From: an uncultured Woeseia sp.
GTDB lineage: Bacteria; Pseudomonadota; Gammaproteobacteria; Steroidobacterales; UBA11654
Direction of reading: 5' to 3'
NCBI GenBank assembly: GCA_964416745.1
Contig: CAYQEV010000004.1
Location: forward strand, 1-52,472
DNA length: 52,472 nt
A program made the position numbers and the translations under genes. Within the stretch, counting starts at the first letter, position 1. Every line of letters begins with the position of its first letter. A model generated the notes under the pieces. The model was not told where the DNA came from and did no database searches. It saw only the letters and a program-made list of their open reading frames with translations. Positions 1 to 9,562 of this stretch are shown one piece after another.

Positions 1-374
1 ATAATAAAATTGTCGTAGTACCCAATGGCAGCATTATGAATGGAAGCATTGTTAATTATTCAGGTCAAGAAACCAGAAGAATCGATATCATAGCCAGTTG
101 TAGTTATGAAGATGATATAGATAAAGTTAAACTTGTTTTAGAAGATATCATTAATAATGAGTCGAGAATACTAAAGGATCCAAAGCCACAAATAGCTGTG
201 TCAGAGTTAGCTGATAGTAGCGTTAACTTGATAGTTAGGCCATGGGTTAATTCTTCAGATGTTCTGTCAGTTAGGTATTCTCTTCTAGAACAGATAAAAA
301 AGAGATTTGATAAGGAAGGTTTATCGATTCCGTACCCACAAACAGACGTTCATATTCATAATAAGGAGGCATAA
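1..374 (+). CDS. MscS-family mechanosensitive ion channel, C-terminal fragment (5' end outside window)
   Basis: Frame 3 is open from the window edge (NKIVVVPNGSIMNGSIVNYSGQETRRIDI...), upstream of the ATG at 36 used in the ORF track. The VPN..I....I.N.S....RR.D pattern and the following domain are typical of the cytoplasmic C-terminal part of MscS-like channels. Confidence 0.7.
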   Translation, partial: NKIVVVPNGSIMNGSIVNYSGQETRRIDIIASCSYEDDIDKVKLVLEDIINNESRILKDPKPQIAVSELADSSVNLIVRPWVNSSDVLSVRYSLLEQIKKRFDKEGLSIPYPQTDVHIHNKEA

Positions 375-406
375 CATTAAAGTTATGACCCCCTTATTCT
401 TTTAGA

Positions 407-2290
407 TTAAGAAGCTGCTTTTACCCAAGTTTGAAATACTGGATCAGATGGAGCATCAAGCCCTGTCTCTTCTCTGCAACGTTTTTTAAGTTCAGGGATA
501 CTCTCAAAGCCTTTATCAAACAATTTTGTTTTGCCTCTGGCTTTAGACATTTTTGCTCTTAATTTAGTTGTAGCAGCTTTGCTGACACTATAATCAGGTT
601 TTACAACCACACCATAATTATCTTTAGCACCATTTCTTGTTAGCAATCCTGCTTCTACATCAAAAGCAACTCTTTCAGCAGGTCTCGTGAATGGATCTCC
701 CCAACCGCCACCACCCCATGTGACATGATAAAGTGTGTCGCCTTCATGGACTTGTACCCTATCGCATTTTGAGGGAAGAATCTCAGTATCACCATTTTTT
801 CGTACTAATGTTTTAGTGCTTCTAGCACCTGGATGTCCACCATTTACACCCCATGGGTAAGTGAGCCATCGGTCATCATGTATGGATACATTGCCTGGTT
901 CTAGAAATTTATAAGTGGTTGCTAAAGCATTTCCTCCACGATGGAAGCCTGCTCCTCCTGAATCAGGAACGGTATAGTATTCTTCTATTACTAAGGGGAA
1001 ATAACTCTCAAGAAATTCATTAGGCACATTGGTAAAGCTGGGCCATAGAGAGTGACCATCAGGACCATCTCCCATTGGCTTCGCAGGAACGCCACCAAAT
1101 CCAATCATATAGAGTTGATACCATTCACCATGTTTATCATAGCCTGAGTACATTAAATGAGGACTGTCTGAGAATCCAGCTGCACAGAGGAAGTCAGGAG
1201 CTCCCTGTCCTAATAATCCACCAAGTACATCAAATATTCTTCCTAATGCATGTGTTCTACATGAAAGAGCTGCAGGATATTTTGGTTTTAATATACTGCC
1301 CTCTGGGATTCTTACTTCCATCAGATCATAAAAACCATCATTAAACATAATTGCAGGGTCAAACACCATAATCATATATACGCCACAAAACATTTTAAAC
1401 ATCTCTTCATTCAAGAAGAAATTAATTGAACTGGTTGACTGGGGATCAGTTCCTTCGAAATCAAAAATAACTTTATTGCCTTGTCTCCACATAGCACATT
1501 TGATTTTGTAAGGACCCATTTCCAAGCCATCATCACAAATGTAGTCTTCAAAGTATTGTTTTTCAGTGGGTACTGTTGTTTTAATCAGTTTGGCCATCGC
1601 TTTTTTGTTACGATCTAGAAGTTCTTCTAATGCTGAGTAATAAACGTTATCACCAAATCTTTCCGCCGCTTCAATAACTCTTTTTTCTGCTGTTCTAATT
1701 GACGCTACAATGGCATTAAAATCACTTCTATTCCATTGAGGCAACCTGCAGTTATGCAATATTAGTTCAAGCATATCTTCTTGAAGCACGTCTTTTTTGT
1801 AAATTTTTGTTGGTGGGATTCTAATGCCTTCTTCAAATATTTCTGTTGCATCTGTCGGTAAACTTCCAGGAACTTTTCCACCCACATCAGTCATATGACC
1901 GAACATAGCAGCATAACTGATCAGTCTTCCGTCTTTAAAAATGGGTCTAAGAAGAAGCCAATCATTATTATGACTGACAGCACCATTGCAAGCATAAGGA
2001 TCACTGGTAAGGAACATATCACCTTCTTCAATAGTTCCCTCAAAAGCTTCTTTAAAGCCATGAATAAAGCTACCAAATTGGCCTACGACCATTTTACCTT
2101 CAAGATTGGCAATCATTGGAAATTCATCACCTTGTTCCCTTATTCCTGGGGACATAGCGGTTCTAAATAACACTGCATCCATTTCCCATCTGGCTGAGAA
2201 CATTGCATTTTCTATCACATCAAGAGTAATAGGATCAAGTTTAACTTTCTTGAATGGTTTATCGTTTGTTTGAATTAATTTTGCTGTCAT
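407..2290 (-). CDS. hydantoinase B/oxoprolinase family protein (HyuB-like)
   Basis: 627-aa ORF. The length, the N-terminal DPITLDVIENA... segment and the C-terminal GGGGWGDP motif are characteristic of the HyuB/COG0146 family. A GGGAG RBS lies in the 11-nt gap after the upstream hyuA-like gene. Confidence 0.85.
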   Translation of the reverse strand: MTAKLIQTNDKPFKKVKLDPITLDVIENAMFSARWEMDAVLFRTAMSPGIREQGDEFPMIANLEGKMVVGQFGSFIHGFKEAFEGTIEEGDMFLTSDPYACNGAVSHNNDWLLLRPIFKDGRLISYAAMFGHMTDVGGKVPGSLPTDATEIFEEGIRIPPTKIYKKDVLQEDMLELILHNCRLPQWNRSDFNAIVASIRTAEKRVIEAAERFGDNVYYSALEELLDRNKKAMAKLIKTTVPTEKQYFEDYICDDGLEMGPYKIKCAMWRQGNKVIFDFEGTDPQSTSSINFFLNEEMFKMFCGVYMIMVFDPAIMFNDGFYDLMEVRIPEGSILKPKYPAALSCRTHALGRIFDVLGGLLGQGAPDFLCAAGFSDSPHLMYSGYDKHGEWYQLYMIGFGGVPAKPMGDGPDGHSLWPSFTNVPNEFLESYFPLVIEEYYTVPDSGGAGFHRGGNALATTYKFLEPGNVSIHDDRWLTYPWGVNGGHPGARSTKTLVRKNGDTEILPSKCDRVQVHEGDTLYHVTWGGGGWGDPFTRPAERVAFDVEAGLLTRNGAKDNYGVVVKPDYSVSKAATTKLRAKMSKARGKTKLFDKGFESIPELKKRCREETGLDAPSDPVFQTWVKAAS

Positions 2291-2301
2291 TTCATACTCC
2301 C

Positions 2302-4371
2302 TTAAGCGTCTGGGTTAATTAGAATGTTGCCAAATTTATCAACTCGACCATTATGTCCTGATAAAATTAGTGTCGTTGAATCCATCTCAGTCACAATTGC
2401 TGGACCGTGGACAACATTGCCTTGTTTTAATAGTGAACGTCTGTAAATCGTAGCTATTTGTTTTTTTCCTTCCATAAAGACTTCAGCGTTATCATCAATG
2501 ATTGATTTCTTAGTAGGCTCTTTACCACCTCTACCAACTGAAGGAGCTTTTACACTTAATGCTTTATCTTTTACTACAGCCCTAAGGTTTACCAATTCTT
2601 GTTCAGCATCTAAAGAGAATGTAAAGAGTTGTTCATGCTGAACATCAAATTTATCTCCGATAGCACTAAGTCCTTTCTTTTTGAGATCTGATAACTCAAA
2701 GTCTACTGTGATAGTAAGACCTTGACCATGATATCTGATATCAACTTGAAAAGAGGTTGTTCTATTTTTCTTAGGAGAACCCTCTGCATCTAACGTTTTA
2801 GACGCTTTCTTTTCAAGATCGGTAAAGATTTTTACTACTTCTTGTTTGTTAGTGTCTTTAAACTTTCTAATAAACGACATAGACGATTCATCTTGAATAT
2901 TAGTTGTTACATCGCCATAAGCACATAGTACTCCTGGGCCAGGTGGTATTATGACCGGCCAAGAATTAATAAGTTTGCCAAGAGCATTAGCATGCAATGG
3001 ACCGGCTCCACCAAAACCAATTAGGGCAAACTCTCTAGGATCATATCCTTTCTCAACAGAAACCAATCGAAGTGCACCATACATAGTTTCATTTACAATA
3101 TCGATGATACCTGCTGCTGCTCTATTGACGGATAATCCTAACGCACTGGCTACAGGTTTTACTGAGTCTTGAGCTAGATCTTTCCTTATTTTCCATTCCG
3201 AGTCTCCACCCAATTCAACTCCTGGCATATAACCTAAGACTACATTGGCATCAGTTACTGTGGGTTCGGTACCCCCTTTGTTATAAGCTGCTGGACCAGG
3301 TTCTGCTCCTGCGCTTTGAGGGCCGACTCTTAATGCACCAGTTAGTTCAGGTACATGAGCAATAGAACCTCCTCCTGCACCTACTGTTCTTACATCAACA
3401 GAGGAAGCACGGACAGTCACATCTCCTACCGATGTTTCTCTACTTTGTTCCGCGATTCCATCTTTGACCAGTGATACATCTGTGGATGTTCCACCCATAT
3501 CAAAAGTTAGAATATTTTCAAAACCAGCTTGTTTAGCAATCCAAATAGCACCAGATACACCTCCTGCAGGTCCACTCATTAAAAGATTTACGGGTGAATC
3601 TGAAGTTGCTTTTGCAGATGCTAATCCACCATCTGATCTTAGAATCTGTAACTTGATGTCTTTTCTCATTTTCTTCAAACCATTTTGAAGATTTTTAACG
3701 TACTCAGCTACTTTTGGTCTGACATATGAGTTAGCTACAGTCGTTATTGTTCTTTCATATTCCTGCATTTCTGGAACAACTTCAGAGGAAAGAGAAACAG
3801 GAATCTTAGGTAATAATTTCTTCTTCCTTATTTGTGACTTAATTTCTTTTTCATGTTGATCATTAGCGTATGAATTAATTAATGACACTGTTATTGCTTC
3901 AACACCTTTTTTTGATAATTCCTTAATATCTTTAGCCAATTGGCCTCTCTTAAGCTTTGAAAGCACTTCACCTTTTGCAGACATTCTTTCATCAGCTTCA
4001 ATAGTTAGAGCTAATGGTGCTAAAGGATCACTTTTATTATAGATAACCCAACCACCCAAGCCACCTGGTACAAAAGATCTTGCGATCTGAAGAACCTGAC
4101 GATAGCCTTTTGTTGTAATTAGACCTACTTTCGCACCTGTGCCAGTAAGAATAGTATTCGTTGCTACTGTGGTGCCGTGCATTACTGAGGTGATTTCTGA
4201 GGGATCTATATTGGCGATTGAGCAGACTTTAGTAATACCATTAAAAACTCCAATCGATGAATCTTCCGGGGTACTGGGTACTTTTGCAGTATGAAGGTCA
4301 CCTGAATTTTCATTTACAAGTAGAAGGTCAGTGAAAGTTCCTCCTACATCAACACCTAGTCGATAGCTCAT
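2302..4371 (-). CDS. hydantoinase A/oxoprolinase family protein (HyuA-like, ATP-binding subunit)
   Basis: 689-aa ORF. The N-terminal RLGVDVGGTFTDLLL motif and a second DMGGTSTD actin-like ATPase motif are typical of the HyuA/COG0145 family. An AGGAG RBS precedes the ATG. Confidence 0.85.
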   Translation of the reverse strand: MSYRLGVDVGGTFTDLLLVNENSGDLHTAKVPSTPEDSSIGVFNGITKVCSIANIDPSEITSVMHGTTVATNTILTGTGAKVGLITTKGYRQVLQIARSFVPGGLGGWVIYNKSDPLAPLALTIEADERMSAKGEVLSKLKRGQLAKDIKELSKKGVEAITVSLINSYANDQHEKEIKSQIRKKKLLPKIPVSLSSEVVPEMQEYERTITTVANSYVRPKVAEYVKNLQNGLKKMRKDIKLQILRSDGGLASAKATSDSPVNLLMSGPAGGVSGAIWIAKQAGFENILTFDMGGTSTDVSLVKDGIAEQSRETSVGDVTVRASSVDVRTVGAGGGSIAHVPELTGALRVGPQSAGAEPGPAAYNKGGTEPTVTDANVVLGYMPGVELGGDSEWKIRKDLAQDSVKPVASALGLSVNRAAAGIIDIVNETMYGALRLVSVEKGYDPREFALIGFGGAGPLHANALGKLINSWPVIIPPGPGVLCAYGDVTTNIQDESSMSFIRKFKDTNKQEVVKIFTDLEKKASKTLDAEGSPKKNRTTSFQVDIRYHGQGLTITVDFELSDLKKKGLSAIGDKFDVQHEQLFTFSLDAEQELVNLRAVVKDKALSVKAPSVGRGGKEPTKKSIIDDNAEVFMEGKKQIATIYRRSLLKQGNVVHGPAIVTEMDSTTLILSGHNGRVDKFGNILINPDA

Positions 4372-4498
4372 ATTAACTCCTAATTTTTTATTTACATTTA
4401 GAAAGAAAGAATAGATTTAAAATTTCTTTCAAATGATTCTTGATTTTTACTAGATCTTAAAATCATCTTAATTAAAAACTTGACTGCTAATAATACTT

Positions 4499-5413
4499 TT
4501 ATTGCATATTAATTTCAGCATTTTCTGGAAAAATTCCTGCCTTCGGGACCATGGCAGGGACTGGTCTCCCTAGTTGAGTTTCTAACCAATCTGTGGTTTT
4601 TACAATTTCTTTTAAGTTCACTCCAGTCTCAATACCCGATCGATCTAACATATAAAGAAGATCATCTGTTGGAATATTACCAGTGGCTTTAGGGGCAAAG
4701 GGGCATCCACCAATACCTCCTGTTGAAGCATCAATGATACTTACACCAGCTTCAACAGCAGCTGCAGCATTAGCTAACCCGGTATTTCTTGTATTATGAA
4801 GATGCGTTCTTAGAGGTATTGTTGGGGCTAAATCTTTAATGAGAGCGAAGGTTGTTTTAACTTGATTCGGCACAGCCACCCCTACACTATCAGCTAAACC
4901 TATGACATCAGGTTCCCCTTTTAATATTTGTTCAGCAATAGAAGCAATGTGTTCAGGATCAACTTCTCCCTCATAAGGACAACCGAAGGAACAAGCAATT
5001 ACTACGCTCGTTCTGATACCAGCTGATTTAGCTGATGATGCAATATCAAGCCAATTATCAATGGATTGTTGTGTGACCACATTTTGGTTTTTCATGTTGT
5101 ATGTGTCAGTACTTACAATGACCATGCCCACCTCATCAATACCGCAATCTCTGGCTCTTTCAAAACCTCTCTGGTTCATTATCAAACCAATATAAGTTAC
5201 ATCGTCTCTATCTGGAAGGCTCTCCACAAGTTTTTCAGCATCCGCCATCTGAGGGACTTTTTTAGGGTGCACAAAACTAGTGACCTCAATATTTTTGATT
5301 CCAGCATTAATGGTTCTAGTGATAAATTCTTTTTTAACTTCGGTGGGTAGAATCTCAGGTTCACTTTGCAAACCATCTCTAGGACCCACTTCAAGAATTG
5401 AAACTTTAGACAC
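4499..5413 (-). CDS. hydroxymethylglutaryl-CoA lyase-like (DRE-TIM metallolyase) protein
   Basis: ILEVGPRDGLQSE near the N-terminus and the HLHNTRNTGLANA metal-binding motif match the HMGL-like family. The ORF track starts at a TTG (5461). I prefer the GTG at 5413: it has a GGGAG RBS 8 nt upstream and gives the family-typical MSKVSILEVGPRDGLQ N-terminus. Confidence 0.8.
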   Translation of the reverse strand: MSKVSILEVGPRDGLQSEPEILPTEVKKEFITRTINAGIKNIEVTSFVHPKKVPQMADAEKLVESLPDRDDVTYIGLIMNQRGFERARDCGIDEVGMVIVSTDTYNMKNQNVVTQQSIDNWLDIASSAKSAGIRTSVVIACSFGCPYEGEVDPEHIASIAEQILKGEPDVIGLADSVGVAVPNQVKTTFALIKDLAPTIPLRTHLHNTRNTGLANAAAAVEAGVSIIDASTGGIGGCPFAPKATGNIPTDDLLYMLDRSGIETGVNLKEIVKTTDWLETQLGRPVPAMVPKAGIFPENAEINMQ

Positions 5414-5500
5414 GTATAACACTCCCACTATTGAATTTTTATTTGTGGTCAAGTGTAACAAATATTGTAATATTCTCTATCTTTTGAATTAATAGTTCAT

Positions 5501-6376
5501 ATGAATATAGGACGAATTTCAGCTGTAACCATTCCCTGCCCGGATTTATCAAATACGGCAGAGCTATATACTCAGTTTTTGGGCTATCGAATAGTCGATA
5601 GAGGTCAGATCACAAAACAAGAAGCTACTAATTGGAACGCTAAAAATATTGAGGGATCAAACTACTTAATGTTACAACCCAAGAATTCTGGTGATTTTTC
5701 TTTTAGGTTCGTTGAACAAGAGATCCAAAATGACTATGTCCCATTTAAAAGCCCTGGATGGAATGCAGCTGAATTGATTGTTAAAGATGTTGATGATTTA
5801 GCAGAAAAGCTTTTCAACTCAGAATTTGAAATCATAGGTCCACCAGCAGACCTATCTTTTACAGATCAAATACGTGCTATGCAGGTTATAGGGCCTTCAA
5901 AGGAGATTCTTTATTTGACTCAGTTTAAATCCAAGTTACAAGAGTTTGATAGCCCTGAAGCTCGATGTGATGTTGATCAAACATTTATTGTGATCTTAGC
6001 TGGAAAATCAATGGAGCAGATGCAAAATTTTTATTGCGATAGTTTTAATTTAGAAAAAGCAACAGTTATGGATTCACGTATCAGAGCGATTTCAAGAGTG
6101 TTTGGAAAACCTGAGAATACAAAATACAAATCCGCAGCTATTCCAATAAAAGATCAATCCTTAATTGAAATAGACGAATTACCAGAAGGGTCAGAAAAGA
6201 GATTAGGTGAGTCAGGTTATTTGCTTCCAGGGATATCTATTGTTAGTTTTCTCTGCTATCAGGGCGAGATAAATACTTCTGATGCCTATAGATGCAGTTT
6301 ACCAAATCTACAAAGCAAAATATGCACAGTGGTCCGCGGCCAAAACCAAGAGATTATTGAGCTTATACATCAATAA
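5501..6376 (+). CDS. hypothetical protein, possibly two-domain VOC (glyoxalase/dioxygenase-fold) family
   Basis: 291-aa ORF. The N-terminus (ISAVTIPCPDLSNTAELYTQFLGYRIV) resembles the first beta-alpha-beta-beta-beta module of VOC proteins. This is a weak assignment by eye only. Confidence 0.4.
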   Translation: MNIGRISAVTIPCPDLSNTAELYTQFLGYRIVDRGQITKQEATNWNAKNIEGSNYLMLQPKNSGDFSFRFVEQEIQNDYVPFKSPGWNAAELIVKDVDDLAEKLFNSEFEIIGPPADLSFTDQIRAMQVIGPSKEILYLTQFKSKLQEFDSPEARCDVDQTFIVILAGKSMEQMQNFYCDSFNLEKATVMDSRIRAISRVFGKPENTKYKSAAIPIKDQSLIEIDELPEGSEKRLGESGYLLPGISIVSFLCYQGEINTSDAYRCSLPNLQSKICTVVRGQNQEIIELIHQ

Positions 6377-6460
6377 AATCTTTTTTATAAAAGTGATTAT
6401 TATGCTTTTAATCTGTTATTAAGATAAACTTACACTCTACTTTTAGATTAATGGAGGAAT

Positions 6461-8674
6461 ATGATGAAAGTAAACAAATTAATTGTGCCTATAATCGGTG
6501 GTTTATTTGCAATAGCACTTAATACCAACGTGTGGGCTCAAAGTTCAGGAGCTTTAGAAGAAATTGTTGTTACAGCTCAAAAAAGATCTGAGTCTTTACA
6601 AGAAGTACCAATATCTATCTCAGTTTTTTCTGAAGATGATATAGAGCGACTTAATATCAGTAATCCCATTGACCTGGTAAAAAATATTCCAGGAATGACC
6701 GGTGTTACTAATGTTGGTTTACCTCAAGCTGCGGCTTATTTTATTAGAGGTATTGGTCAGGATGAATCCGTAGCTACTCTTGATCCAGCTGTAGGAACCT
6801 TTGTCGACGGTGTTTTCGTTTCTCGGCAAATTGCAAATAATTCTCGGTTGTATGATATTGAGAGCGTTGAAGTCCTAAAAGGACCACAAGGAACTCTTTA
6901 TGGTCGTAACACGACCGGTGGAGCCGTGAGAATTATCACAAAAAAACCCACAGAAGAAACAGAGGGATGGTTTGATATTGCTTATGGTGAATATCAAACA
7001 ATAGAAATGTCAGGAAAACTTAACTTTGCATTAACAGATAAAGTTTTTGCTAAAGTTACCACATTCTATATTGATCAAGATGAGGGGTTTCTCTACAACG
7101 TAACTCTAAATAAAGAACAATGGAAAAGAAATGCTAATGGAGCCCGAGCTCAAATTCTCTATGCTCCAAATGATCGAACTGAATTTTTATTCACAGCTGA
7201 ATATTCAAATGATGATACTGGTGGAGCAGTAGGTGCTAACAAGTTGAGTGCATGTTGCGGTGATGACTTATTTCTCGTAGAAAGTGGTCTTGAAAATACT
7301 TGGGCTGGTACTGAGCTAATGGCAATAAGTATGAAAGCAACGATCGATTTTGATAATTTCCAAATGGAATTAATTGCTGCTGATCGAGATTTAGAACATA
7401 GCTTTAATAATGATTATTCAGATCAACCTACACCAGCGTATTCAATTCCCAATCTAAGTGACCATATCCAAAAGAGTTTTGAATTAAACTTTACTGGTGA
7501 ATTTGATGGTGCAAATTACCCTGGTATCCAATGGGCTGCAGGCGCGTCTTATTATGATGATGATAATGCAGTTTTATTTGGTGATGCTCTATTCTTATTC
7601 GGCGGTGCAGTAGCTGGCACTTTTATGAGAGATTTGACAAATGTTACTGAAGCAAGAGCTGTTTATACTGATATTTCTGTTGATCTAGGTGGCGGCTGGG
7701 GCATAACTGTTGGCGGTCGTTACACTAAGGATGAGAGAAAAGTAAATGTTGAACAATTTCTTGATCTTAATGGCGTACCTTGGGAAGCCAGAGACGAATC
7801 TAATTTTATGGATCGAAGCGGATGGTTATCTACAGCAGCTATAGGTCAACCGTTTGACAATGCAACTCTTGAAGCTCTAGGAACCAAAACTTCAATAGAT
7901 ACAGATGAGTTTACTAGCCGTGTTGTTTTGGATTTCCAATACACTGATGACATCATGTTTTATGCCAGCATTGCAGACAGCTTTAAAGGCGGTGGATGGG
8001 CTTCTCGTGTAACTGCTGCTGCTGATTTTAAAGATCTTAAACCTGAATTCGTTGATAACTTTGAAATGGGCGTCAAGAGTGAATGGAATGATGGCAAAAT
8101 AAGGGCTAATCTAACTTACTTTAGTGCCAGTTACACTGATCTTCAGATCACAGCAATTGATCAAGCAACTGGTGCATTTGTTTATTCAAATAAAGCCGAT
8201 GCTGAGGTTGATGGAATTGAGGGCGAATTTCTCTATGCGATTCGTGATGACCTTACTTTATTTGCTAATCTTGCAACTCTAGAGGGACGTTACACAGATC
8301 TTAAGCCTGGTGCGGAAGGAATTGCAGAGAAAGACCTTAAAAGAACCCCAGATTTCTCATACAGATACGGTATTCTTTATGATCGAGCTGTTGCTAATGG
8401 AGAAGTTGGTATGACTGCTGTTGTCAATAGGGCAGATGAATATTACAGCAATCAAAATAATACTCCTAATGGCTTTAGACCTGCTGTTAGTAAGGTTGAT
8501 CTTAATATTACTTATCGTCCAAATGATGGTGATTGGAGAGTTGTTGCTGGCTGTTCAAATTGTACTGATGAAAGGAATGCTAATTCTACATTAGATTTTG
8601 GTACCCTTGGTTTTGTAACACAATTCCAAGACATGCCAAGACTATGGAGGGTTTCATACCGATACGATTTCTAA
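6461..8674 (+). CDS. TonB-dependent receptor
   Basis: Signal peptide, plug-domain motifs (EEIVVTAQKRSESLQEVPISISVF; LKGPQGTLYGRNTTGGA), a long beta-barrel-like region and a C-terminal aromatic residue (YRYDF). A GGAGG RBS is present. Confidence 0.9.
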   Translation: MMKVNKLIVPIIGGLFAIALNTNVWAQSSGALEEIVVTAQKRSESLQEVPISISVFSEDDIERLNISNPIDLVKNIPGMTGVTNVGLPQAAAYFIRGIGQDESVATLDPAVGTFVDGVFVSRQIANNSRLYDIESVEVLKGPQGTLYGRNTTGGAVRIITKKPTEETEGWFDIAYGEYQTIEMSGKLNFALTDKVFAKVTTFYIDQDEGFLYNVTLNKEQWKRNANGARAQILYAPNDRTEFLFTAEYSNDDTGGAVGANKLSACCGDDLFLVESGLENTWAGTELMAISMKATIDFDNFQMELIAADRDLEHSFNNDYSDQPTPAYSIPNLSDHIQKSFELNFTGEFDGANYPGIQWAAGASYYDDDNAVLFGDALFLFGGAVAGTFMRDLTNVTEARAVYTDISVDLGGGWGITVGGRYTKDERKVNVEQFLDLNGVPWEARDESNFMDRSGWLSTAAIGQPFDNATLEALGTKTSIDTDEFTSRVVLDFQYTDDIMFYASIADSFKGGGWASRVTAAADFKDLKPEFVDNFEMGVKSEWNDGKIRANLTYFSASYTDLQITAIDQATGAFVYSNKADAEVDGIEGEFLYAIRDDLTLFANLATLEGRYTDLKPGAEGIAEKDLKRTPDFSYRYGILYDRAVANGEVGMTAVVNRADEYYSNQNNTPNGFRPAVSKVDLNITYRPNDGDWRVVAGCSNCTDERNANSTLDFGTLGFVTQFQDMPRLWRVSYRYDF

Positions 8675-8704
8675 ATAATCAATTTAGATAATTGTTAATA
8701 TAAA

Positions 8705-8730
8705 GGCCGGTAGAAATACCGGCCTTTTTT
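8705..8730 (+). terminator. rho-independent terminator after the TonB-dependent receptor
   Basis: Stem GGCCGGTA (8705-8712), loop GAAA, stem TACCGGCC (8717-8724), followed by TTTTTT (8725-8730). Confidence 0.75.
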
Positions 8731-8744
8731 ATACTAAGAGTATT

Positions 8745-9560
8745 ATGGAAATTCTTAACCAAACTGATTTTCTAGTGCTGATAATTCTAGCTGGATCATT
8801 AGCTGGAGTCCTAGCAGGTCTGCTTGGTGTTGGTGGAGGTATTGTTATAGTTCCCCTACTCTATTATGTATTGAATTTTTTAGAGTTTGATCAGTCAATT
8901 ATTATGCATGTTGCTGTGGCCACTTCATTGTTCATAATAATACCAACGAGTATTCGTTCTTCGATTGAACATAGAGTTAGAGGCTCTTTTGATAAAAATG
9001 TTTTTAAATTGTGGCTTATTCCATTAGCATTCGGAGCAGGTTTAGGCAGTGTGCTAGCAATTTATTCATCTTTTATGGTTTTGACACTTCTGTTTGCTGT
9101 AATTGCTTCATTTGTTTCTATCCAAATGTTTTTCGTTAAGAGAGATAGCAATAAAAATTTTACTATTCCTAAATCAATTTTTAGAATCTCGCCTTTCTTT
9201 ATTGGTTTAATCTCTGCAATGATGGGCATTGGTGGTGGGACATTGAGTGTTCCAATTATGAATTATTCAGGCATCGAAATAAAAAAAGCTGTGGGCACTT
9301 CTGCTGCTTTTGGAACTGTGATTGCAATACCAGCTTCTCTAGGTTTTATGCTTGGTGGCCTTCAACAGACTGATATTCTCCCACCGTTCTCTATTGGTTA
9401 TGTAAATTGGATGGCTTTTTTATTAATAGTTCCAATAACATTAATTACAGTTCCTATTGGAGTGAATCTAGCACATCGATCATCTCAATTTTTGCTACAA
9501 AAGCTATTTGCTTTGTTTTTAGGGGTTACAGCTCTAAGAATGTTTAGTGACTTAATCTGA
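8745..9560 (+). CDS. TSUP/TauE-SafE family (DUF81) anion permease
   Basis: 271-aa polytopic membrane protein with the duplicated glycine-rich motif (LLGVGGGIVIVPLL and MMGIGGGTLSVPIM) that defines the TauE/SafE sulfite-exporter-like family. Confidence 0.8.
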   Translation: MEILNQTDFLVLIILAGSLAGVLAGLLGVGGGIVIVPLLYYVLNFLEFDQSIIMHVAVATSLFIIIPTSIRSSIEHRVRGSFDKNVFKLWLIPLAFGAGLGSVLAIYSSFMVLTLLFAVIASFVSIQMFFVKRDSNKNFTIPKSIFRISPFFIGLISAMMGIGGGTLSVPIMNYSGIEIKKAVGTSAAFGTVIAIPASLGFMLGGLQQTDILPPFSIGYVNWMAFLLIVPITLITVPIGVNLAHRSSQFLLQKLFALFLGVTALRMFSDLI

Positions 9561-9562
9561 GA

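Noticed and set aside
4401-4430. An inverted repeat, GAAAGAAA-N14-TTTCTTTC, between the HMGL-like and hyuA-like genes.
   Set aside because: It is an 8-bp stem with only two G-C pairs and six A-T pairs and a 14-nt loop, with no following T-tract on the coding (minus) strand. It is unlikely to be a functional terminator.
5414-5461. The TTG-initiated extension of the HMG-CoA-lyase-like ORF. The same kind of extension appears at 15047-15052 (TtpB-like gene) and 44173-44205 (rhodanese).
   Set aside because: In each case a downstream GTG or ATG has a better RBS and gives the N-terminus expected for the family. The extensions add non-homologous residues.
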